This document shows positions 8,951 through 15,925 of a stretch of 64,000 nt of DNA, piece after piece (the first letter of the stretch is position 1; the number at the start of each line of letters is the position of its first letter). Made by a program: the position numbers and the translations under genes. Under the pieces are notes generated by a model, which ran no database searches, was not told the DNA's origin, and saw only the letters and a program-made list of their open reading frames with translations. Source of the DNA: Gloeobacterales cyanobacterium (lineage in GTDB: Bacteria; Cyanobacteriota; Cyanobacteriia; Gloeobacterales; PMM-0068); contig JBBRSB010000001.1 in NCBI GenBank assembly GCA_038245785.1, forward strand, positions 1 to 64,000, read 5' to 3'.

Positions 8951-9184
8951 ATGTCCCATGAAAATGTGATTCGCGCCTGGAAAGATGAAGACTTTCGCAA
9001 TCGCTTAAGTCAAGAAGAGCGATCGCAATTACCCGATCACCCTGCAGGAAAGCTGGAGTTGACGGATGCTCAGTTGGGGAGTGCGGCTGGAGGCCGAAAA
9101 GCCAATACCGCTGCAGGAGATGAATCCTGTTACTCAGGAATTATTGCCTGCACACTTCCGATTTATTGTCCTATTGCCCAGTAG
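8951..9184 (+). CDS. lanA: Lanthipeptide precursor A2; core RKANTAAGDESCYSGIIACTLPIYCPIAQ
   Basis: MSHENVIRAWKD...LPDHPAG...AAGG leader; AAGGAG RBS before ATG 8951; 3 Cys. Confidence 0.92.
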   Translation: MSHENVIRAWKDEDFRNRLSQEERSQLPDHPAGKLELTDAQLGSAAGGRKANTAAGDESCYSGIIACTLPIYCPIAQ

Positions 9185-9254
9185 TGGAAGTTGAAACAAC
9201 CGATAATTGTAGTGTCAGTCTATGAAATTATCTTCCAAACTGACGCCAACCACT

Positions 9255-9282
9255 GGAATATTTTTGTTTAAATTTTCGATAT
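9255..9282 (+). promoter_or_regulatory. Repeated ECF-type promoter candidate, copy 2 (upstream of lanA3)
   Basis: GGAATA-N16-CGATAT. Confidence 0.65.
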
Positions 9283-9355
9283 GAGATTTATAGGGGTCAA
9301 CCAGGAGTTAAACCTCTGTCAGCCCCGAATTGTCTAAAACTAAAGGAGAGAAACA

Positions 9356-9583
9356 ATGTCACAGGAAAATATTATTCGTGCTTGGAAAGATTCAGACTAT
9401 CGCGATAGCTTAAGCAAAGCTGAGAAAGCGATGCTCCCTGAACATCCTGCTGGGTTAATGCAACTGAGTGATGAACAGCTCGGTGCTGCTGCTGGTGGAA
9501 TACCAAAAACCGACAGTGGTCCAATTTGTTTTCCAACAGAAGTTGGTCTCAGGTGCGCTCCACCACCTAGAGGATGCAGTTAA
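9356..9583 (+). CDS. lanA: Lanthipeptide precursor A3; core IPKTDSGPICFPTEVGLRCAPPPRGCS
   Basis: Conserved 48-aa leader ending GG; 3 Cys and 4 Ser/Thr. Confidence 0.92.
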   Translation: MSQENIIRAWKDSDYRDSLSKAEKAMLPEHPAGLMQLSDEQLGAAAGGIPKTDSGPICFPTEVGLRCAPPPRGCS

Positions 9584-9637
9584 ATCAGTTCGTGATGAAA
9601 ATAACCATTATGTTAACTTGAGAAATACTACATCGCT

Positions 9638-9676
9638 AGCCGGCAGATGAATTGAAGCTGGTTCATCTGCTCGGCT
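9638..9676 (+). terminator. Strong hairpin between lanA3 and the TPR gene (attenuator, terminator or stability element)
   Basis: AGCCGGCAGATGAA pairs with TTCATCTGC(T)CGGCT; only a weak U-tract follows. Confidence 0.55.
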
Positions 9677-9716
9677 CTTCCGGATTGACTATGCTTACGA
9701 AGTCGAGTAAATCTGA

Positions 9717-11297
9717 ATGAAAAAGCAGTCCCTTATTTTGGCTCTAATTTTCTCGCTCTTTATCGGCAGGCCTGCCTTCAGCCGAACGTACGCTCTCACC
9801 TCTAAATCTGAATTTTCCCGACAACATCACCCGATTTCAACCCGTAGTGTTGCAGCCCAACGTTTTTTTGATCAAGGACTCACGCTCGTTTATTCTTTTA
9901 ATCGTGAAGCAGCAACTCGTTCGTTTCAACGTGCAACTGAGTTAGATCCTCATGCGGCAATGGCATATTGGGGAATTGCTCTTGCTTTAGGTCCTAATAT
10001 TAATGTTGATAGTGACCCATCTCAACGCAAGAGCGCATATCAAGCTGCTCAGAGAGCCTTGTCATTAGCTTCTAATGCAACAGAAAATGAAAGAGCTTAT
10101 ATCAAAGCGATTGCCACCCGATATTCACAAGATTCTAATGCCGATCTCAACAAACTTGCTAAAGACTATAAAAATGCTATGCAGCAACTTGTTATGAACT
10201 ATCCTGATGACCCTGATGCAGCAACTCTGTTCGCTGAAAGTCTCATGGATCTGGGAAATGGGAATCTCTGGTCGGCGGATGGAAAACCAATTAATGATAC
10301 ACAAACTATTATCGACACCTTAGAGTCAGTGATGAAGCAACATCCCAATCATCTTGGTGCAAACCACTACTACATTCATGCAATGGATTCATCTTCTCAT
10401 CCAGAACGGGCCCTGTCGAGTGCTCAGATATTGGCTAAAGCAAAGTTAGAACCTGCAGCCGCACATCTTGCTCATATGCCTTCTCATATCTTCCTGCATA
10501 CAGGTGACTATGCCGCCGCGATTCACAGTAACGAAGATGCAGTTGCTCACGATCAGATTTATCTAAGTGATAAAATTAATCATCCTCAAGATACCTACCA
10601 TAGTCATAATTTAAAGTTTTTATTAGCTGCTTACAGTATGGCAGGGCGATTCACAGAAGCTCAAAAAGTAGCTGAACAAATTAAAACACCAAGTGGCCTA
10701 CCTTATTCCACCCTCTTACTTATTCACTTTGCACAGTGGGACAAGATTTTGCAGTTGTCTGAACCTGTTTTGAAAGACTCTCAGACTCATCTTATTTGGC
10801 ATTATGCTCGTGGTATGGCTTATGCGGCAAACCATTGTGTTGATCTGGCAGAAACAGAACTCAAGGAAATGTTGGATGGACTCAATCACGACTCTGAAAT
10901 GGGTATGCATGAAAATTCCCATCGAATATTTTATGAGACAATGCTCAGGGCCAAAATTGCCACAGCAAGAAATAACTTGCCATTAGCGATTCAATTCTTG
11001 AAAACACTGGTAGAACCGATAGATAAACTTCAAATGCTGCATGAACCTCCACTCTGGTATTTTTCAGTGAGGACATCCCTTGGAGCATCACTGTTGCTCA
11101 ATGGTGATTCTCGAGAGGCTGAGCAAGTTTTTCGAGATGATTTAAAGAAATATCCTCGCAATGGACGTGCTCTTTTTGGTTTGCTGGAAAGTTTGAAGTC
11201 ACAGAAAAAGATGGCTTCTATTCCATGGGTTCAGAGGCAACTTGATCTTGCCTTAAAAGATGTAGATTATCCACAACTGAAAATTCAAGACTTATGA
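9717..11297 (+). CDS. Secreted TPR-repeat protein of unknown function
   Basis: Sec-type signal MKKQSLILALIFSLFIGRPAFS; TPR-like AQRFFDQGL...ELDPHAAMAYWGIALAL; His-rich GANHYYIH and HLAHMPSHIF. Confidence 0.8.
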   Translation: MKKQSLILALIFSLFIGRPAFSRTYALTSKSEFSRQHHPISTRSVAAQRFFDQGLTLVYSFNREAATRSFQRATELDPHAAMAYWGIALALGPNINVDSDPSQRKSAYQAAQRALSLASNATENERAYIKAIATRYSQDSNADLNKLAKDYKNAMQQLVMNYPDDPDAATLFAESLMDLGNGNLWSADGKPINDTQTIIDTLESVMKQHPNHLGANHYYIHAMDSSSHPERALSSAQILAKAKLEPAAAHLAHMPSHIFLHTGDYAAAIHSNEDAVAHDQIYLSDKINHPQDTYHSHNLKFLLAAYSMAGRFTEAQKVAEQIKTPSGLPYSTLLLIHFAQWDKILQLSEPVLKDSQTHLIWHYARGMAYAANHCVDLAETELKEMLDGLNHDSEMGMHENSHRIFYETMLRAKIATARNNLPLAIQFLKTLVEPIDKLQMLHEPPLWYFSVRTSLGASLLLNGDSREAEQVFRDDLKKYPRNGRALFGLLESLKSQKKMASIPWVQRQLDLALKDVDYPQLKIQDL

Positions 11298-11427
11298 AAC
11301 GTGAGAGATTATTTATCTATTCTGAGTCACAGATATCATCAGGGGAGGAGGCGAACCTTGGGAGCAGTCGTATGATGATTCAGAATTGTAAGAAATGATC
11401 TAAGAAATGATCAATGTCCAAACCACT

Positions 11428-11455
11428 GGAATATTTTCATTTTCATTTTCGATAT
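11428..11455 (+). promoter_or_regulatory. Repeated ECF-type promoter candidate, copy 3 (upstream of lanA4 and possibly lanM-lanT)
   Basis: GGAATA-N16-CGATAT. Confidence 0.65.
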
Positions 11456-11526
11456 TAGATGTATAGGGGTTTTACAGGAGTTAAACCTGTCAGCCCCGAA
11501 TTATCTCAAACCAAAGGAGAAAAGCA

Positions 11527-11736
11527 ATGTCACAAGAAAATATCATTCGTGCTTGGAAAGATTCAGACTTTCGCAATAGCTTAAGTGAGGCTGAAAAAGC
11601 GCTGCTCCCTGAACATCCTGCTGGGTTAATGCAACTGAGCGATCGACAGCTCAGTGCTGTTGCTGGTGGAGACTGTAACCCAAACACAAATCTTACAGTA
11701 CAACGTATTGGCGGCAGGTGCATAGTTGAGCCATGA
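11527..11736 (+). CDS. lanA: Lanthipeptide precursor A4; core DCNPNTNLTVQRIGGRCIVEP
   Basis: Leader 41/48 aa identical to A3; 2 Cys and 2 Thr in the core. Confidence 0.9.
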   Translation: MSQENIIRAWKDSDFRNSLSEAEKALLPEHPAGLMQLSDRQLSAVAGGDCNPNTNLTVQRIGGRCIVEP

Positions 11737-11875
11737 ACAGCTCTGTGCTGCGGCTGGAGGATATACCTCTCCTCTTTGTACAGCAAGTGGCCCCAGGTGC
11801 AGATTCTGCAGTTAACAATTAGTTGATGATTTAAATTTATCAATTCATCATTTTTGATTAGTCACCATGGATAGA

Positions 11876-11970
11876 TATAGCGGTTCCTGAACTGGTAAGG
11901 TCCTGTCAGACTTTTACTGACGAAACTTCCAGATTCGAGAACCCACCTTACTCGATTGAGAACCGCTATA
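11876..11970. mobile_element. 95-bp MITE-like element with TA ends
   Basis: 26-bp imperfect terminal inverted repeats: TATAGCGGTTC-N8-GTAAGGT ... ACCTTAC-N8-GAACCGCTATA; no coding capacity. Confidence 0.65.
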
Positions 11971-12023
11971 TCGCTCCACCCATCACCCAAATAATTCAAC
12001 GAGTCAGGAAAAAGTAGGTTTTC

Positions 12024-15000
12024 ATGAGTCAATTTGATTTCGAAGCAAAAGATTGGTATCAGGCGATCGCACTGACCGAACGTATTGCTTTGTTGAAAAC
12101 TACTCAAAGTACACCATCAAAGATTGAACGCAATCCTGATCTCTCTCAGCGCAGTATTGATCGCTGGAAATCTCAGTCGCCATTCGATAAGGACGACTAC
12201 TTCAATCAGCGTCTTGCTACGGCAGATATCAGTGAAGAGGAATTTTTCTGTATCCTTGGAGAACCACTTGAAGCAGTGCAAGATCGCTATGATATTCCTC
12301 CAGCTTGGTTAACAGAACTAGAACAATCTTTCTCTCAACCTCTTGCCTCTGAACCGATGACGTTTCCAGAGGAGCTGAATGACATAGAAACGATCGGTTT
12401 CTTGGAAATCATCGAACCCTTGATTCGGCAAGGACGCGATCGCCTTCGCAAAGGAGTCGATTCAATCCAATCTAATTCATTCAGTCTTCCTTTTGATCCA
12501 GCAATGATTCATGATCTTTTATATGTTAATTTGCCAAGTCGATTGTTGATGATGGTCAGTCGGACCTTGGTATTGGAATTGAACATAGCGCGTTTACAAG
12601 GACTACTGCAAGGAGACACTCCCAAGGAGAGATTTCGAAGCTTTATCCAACGGCTGCGAAAAAGGGATGTTGCATTAAGTTTCCTACAGGAATATCCCGT
12701 ACTCGCGAGGCAGTTGACGATCGCAATTAATCAGTGGGTTAGCGTTAGTTTGGAATTTTTGAAACACTTGTCTAGTGATTGGGAAACGATTCGATCAACA
12801 TTCACGCCAGACCAAGATCCAGGGATGTTGACGGAAATGAGTGGTGGGGAAGGGGATAGCCATCGCGATGGGCGGAGTGTGGTGATTGCTAAATTTAGCT
12901 CTGGTTTTCGAGTGGTTTATAAGCCGCGATCGATGTCGCTGGATATTCACTTTCAAAACTTACTGAACTGGATTAACGAACGCGGAGATCATCCTCCGTT
13001 TCGGACCTTGCAAATTCTCGATCGCGGTTCTTATGGATGGGTTGAGTTTATCGAAGCTCAATCCTGTACCTCTGAAGCTGAAATTCAGCGTTTCTATGAA
13101 CGTCAGGGAGGATATTTAGCCCTACTTTATGCCCTCGAAGCCGTTGACTTTCATCACGAAAATCTGATTGCAGCGGGAGAGCATCCCATTTTGCTGGATC
13201 TAGAAGCGTTATTTCATCCTCGCGTTGGTGGGCTAGATCTCAAACAAGCAGACCAACTTGCCAATAGCACCCTGAGTTACTCCGTTTATGGCATTGGGTT
13301 ACTGCCTAACCGGGCATGGTCCACTAATGAGTCGGAAGGTGTCGATATTAGCGGGTTGGGCACAGCAGAGGGACAACTCACGCCTCATCGTGTTCCTCGA
13401 TGGGAAGGAGTGGGAACGGACGAGATGAAGCTGACTCGTAAGCAAATCGAGATGTCAGGTACGCAGAACCAACCCACACTCCATGATGAAAAAGTTGATG
13501 TCTTGAATTACGCTGAAGCGATCGCCAGTGGATTCACCAACTTATATCGCCTACTCTTAGAACACCGAGATGAGTTGTTAACGGAAAACGGACCGCTAGC
13601 TAGCTTTGCTAAAGATACCGTGCGCGTGATTGTTCGAGCCACACTAACTTATGCCATGTTGCTGAGCGAAAGTTTTCATCCCGACGTTTTACGCAATGCC
13701 CTGGATCGCGATCGCTTATTTGATCGACTTTGGGTAGGGATTGAACATCTTTCCCATTTGGCTAGGCTTATTCCTGCTGAGCGGGAAGATCTGCTGAAAG
13801 GAGATATTCCCATGTTCACGACTCGTCCTGAATCTCAGGATCTATGGACGAGTTCTGGTCAACGGATCGCTGGCTTTCTTGACAAATCGGGTTTAGATTC
13901 TGTTCAACGACGTATTCAACAACTTAGTGAAGCTGATTTAACACGACAACTTTGGATTATTCATGCATCGTTCACCTCACTCGTTCTCAGTACAGAAGGA
14001 TCGAAAAAACATTCTGCCCATCCTCTGACTGAATCCCAGATGATTGCAGCTCCTGAAAATTTGTTAGCTGCTGCTCGATCCATGGGCGATCGACTAGAGC
14101 AATTAGCCTTACGCGGGGAGCACGATGCGTCTTGGCTGGGGTTAACCTTAGTCAATGAGCGCCGTTGGTCGCTGGCTCCGCTCGGATATGACCTCTATGA
14201 TGGTTTGCCAGGAGTAATTCTATTTTTGGCTTATCTCGGAGCGATCACCGAAGAGGAACGCTACACAACCTTAGCCCGTGCTGCCCTCACCACATTCCAG
14301 CGTCAGCTAGAACGGAGCCAACCGTCCATCACTCAGATTGGAGCTTTTAACGGCTGGGGCGGTGTGATTTATGCCTTAACTCATTTGAGTTGTTTGTGGC
14401 ATCAACCTGCGTTACTTTCCCAGGCAGAGGAGCTGGTTCGACTGCTGCCATCGCGGATTGAGCAGGATGAAACGCTGGACATTATTGGCGGTGCAGCGGG
14501 TTGTATTGGAAGTTTGCTGACGCTCTATCAATATGCTCCATCTGACGCCACACTGAAGGCGGCTATCCAATGTGGCGATCGCTTGCTTGCGCTGGCGACT
14601 CCAGTGCAAGCCGGAATCGGTTGGATGTCAAAAGTCTCTACAAAACCGCTAACCGGATTCTCTCACGGTACAGCGGGCATTGCTTGGGCATTGTTGGAAC
14701 TCGCGGCCCTGACGGGGGAAAAACGTTTTCGCACAGCAGCATTGGCAGCGATCGACTATGAGCGCAGTTTGTTCTCTCCAGAGGTGTCGAACTGGCCCGA
14801 TCTACGAGAATTTGAAACCGCAGTTCAATCAGGCAACGAGGAACACGTTTCGTTCATGACGGCATGGTGTCATGGCGCACCGGGTATTGGGCTGGCTCGA
14901 ATGCGCTGTCTGCCGTATTTAGATGATGAAACGGTTCGAGCCGAGATTCGCACAGCGCTTGAAACAACGATCGCTCAAGGATTTGGTGGCAATCATTCCC

Positions 15001-15305
15001 TATGCCATGGGGATCTCGGTAATTTGGAATTGCTGTTGCAGGCCAGCGACGTTCTCGATGAACCTGAGTGGCGTTTTCAGGTCGCTCGTTTAGCAGGTCG
15101 TATCCTCGACAGCATTGCTCAACAGGGCTGCCGCTGCGGAATTCCATTAGGTGTGGAATCGCCCGGACTGATGACGGGATTAGCGGGCATTGGGTTCGGA
15201 CTGTTGCGCTTAGCAGAGCCAAAACGAGTTCCTTCCGTGCTAATGCTTGCTCCGCCGCACAGTAATTTAGTGAGATTAAGTGACCCTGAAAAAGTTTTAC
15301 GGTAG
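12024..15305 (+). CDS. lanM: Class II lanthipeptide synthetase (dehydratase plus LanC-like cyclase)
   Basis: YKPRS, DFHHENLIA and LDLEALFH dehydratase motifs; GFSHGTAG, WCHGAPGIG and LCHGDLG Zn-cyclase motifs; 1093 aa. Confidence 0.97.
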   Translation: MSQFDFEAKDWYQAIALTERIALLKTTQSTPSKIERNPDLSQRSIDRWKSQSPFDKDDYFNQRLATADISEEEFFCILGEPLEAVQDRYDIPPAWLTELEQSFSQPLASEPMTFPEELNDIETIGFLEIIEPLIRQGRDRLRKGVDSIQSNSFSLPFDPAMIHDLLYVNLPSRLLMMVSRTLVLELNIARLQGLLQGDTPKERFRSFIQRLRKRDVALSFLQEYPVLARQLTIAINQWVSVSLEFLKHLSSDWETIRSTFTPDQDPGMLTEMSGGEGDSHRDGRSVVIAKFSSGFRVVYKPRSMSLDIHFQNLLNWINERGDHPPFRTLQILDRGSYGWVEFIEAQSCTSEAEIQRFYERQGGYLALLYALEAVDFHHENLIAAGEHPILLDLEALFHPRVGGLDLKQADQLANSTLSYSVYGIGLLPNRAWSTNESEGVDISGLGTAEGQLTPHRVPRWEGVGTDEMKLTRKQIEMSGTQNQPTLHDEKVDVLNYAEAIASGFTNLYRLLLEHRDELLTENGPLASFAKDTVRVIVRATLTYAMLLSESFHPDVLRNALDRDRLFDRLWVGIEHLSHLARLIPAEREDLLKGDIPMFTTRPESQDLWTSSGQRIAGFLDKSGLDSVQRRIQQLSEADLTRQLWIIHASFTSLVLSTEGSKKHSAHPLTESQMIAAPENLLAAARSMGDRLEQLALRGEHDASWLGLTLVNERRWSLAPLGYDLYDGLPGVILFLAYLGAITEEERYTTLARAALTTFQRQLERSQPSITQIGAFNGWGGVIYALTHLSCLWHQPALLSQAEELVRLLPSRIEQDETLDIIGGAAGCIGSLLTLYQYAPSDATLKAAIQCGDRLLALATPVQAGIGWMSKVSTKPLTGFSHGTAGIAWALLELAALTGEKRFRTAALAAIDYERSLFSPEVSNWPDLREFETAVQSGNEEHVSFMTAWCHGAPGIGLARMRCLPYLDDETVRAEIRTALETTIAQGFGGNHSLCHGDLGNLELLLQASDVLDEPEWRFQVARLAGRILDSIAQQGCRCGIPLGVESPGLMTGLAGIGFGLLRLAEPKRVPSVLMLAPPHSNLVRLSDPEKVLR

Positions 15306-15322
15306 GTCATACGATTCGCATC

Positions 15323-15922
15323 ATGAAAAACACACAGCGTTCAATATTTCGTGAAGTAGCCATTCGTCGCTATATCGAAGGCAAAGAAACATCGGTTTTG
15401 CCGCGATTGGTATCACCTCGCACCTTTGTCTATTTATGGTCCCTGCTGGGATTACTTACAGCCAGTAGCTTTGTGGCTTGGTTTACCAAAGTTCCTGTGT
15501 ATGCTTCTGGTTCAGCCATGGTTGTCCGTTTAAACAATAGAACTCGTGACCCAACGATCGCTTTTGTGGCATTCTTTCCGGCTCGATATCTTACCAGCTT
15601 GCAAAACGCTCGGACCCTATTTTTGAAGTTTGATGCAATGGGCGATGATCGCTTCAGTCGCTCCATGATCAAGGTTGAACCCCAAATCTATAGCCCCGAT
15701 GCGATTCAGAAACAATTTGCGCTGAACGCTCGAACAGCACAAACGGTGACACAACCCTCAGCCGTTGTGGTTGCTGCGCTACTCGAAAAAAACGCGCCTG
15801 AGCAGCTCCAAACTTTACCTGCATCAACCTTACTCGGCAGTGTGGGTCATGCTGAAGTTGAGGTGGAATCGCAGCAAATGATTTCTCTGTTGCCCCTGAT
15901 TGGAAAAAATTTTGAACCCTAA
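15323..15922 (+). CDS. Membrane-anchored bacteriocin secretion accessory protein (short, HlyD-like N-terminus)
   Basis: SIFREVAIRRY, one TM helix and VPVYASGSA; located between lanM and lanT. Confidence 0.6.
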   Translation: MKNTQRSIFREVAIRRYIEGKETSVLPRLVSPRTFVYLWSLLGLLTASSFVAWFTKVPVYASGSAMVVRLNNRTRDPTIAFVAFFPARYLTSLQNARTLFLKFDAMGDDRFSRSMIKVEPQIYSPDAIQKQFALNARTAQTVTQPSAVVVAALLEKNAPEQLQTLPASTLLGSVGHAEVEVESQQMISLLPLIGKNFEP

Positions 15923-15925
15923 TTC

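Noticed and set aside
8590..11670. Repeats read as a CRISPR array or DGR template/variable repeats
   Set aside because: They are irregularly spaced promoter-leader duplications; there are no cas or reverse transcriptase genes, and differences are not adenine-specific.
11900..11930. CTGACGA/GAAAC resembling a hammerhead ribozyme core
   Set aside because: The motifs overlap with no stem II between them, and CTGAC simply pairs with the upstream GTCAG inside the MITE-like element.
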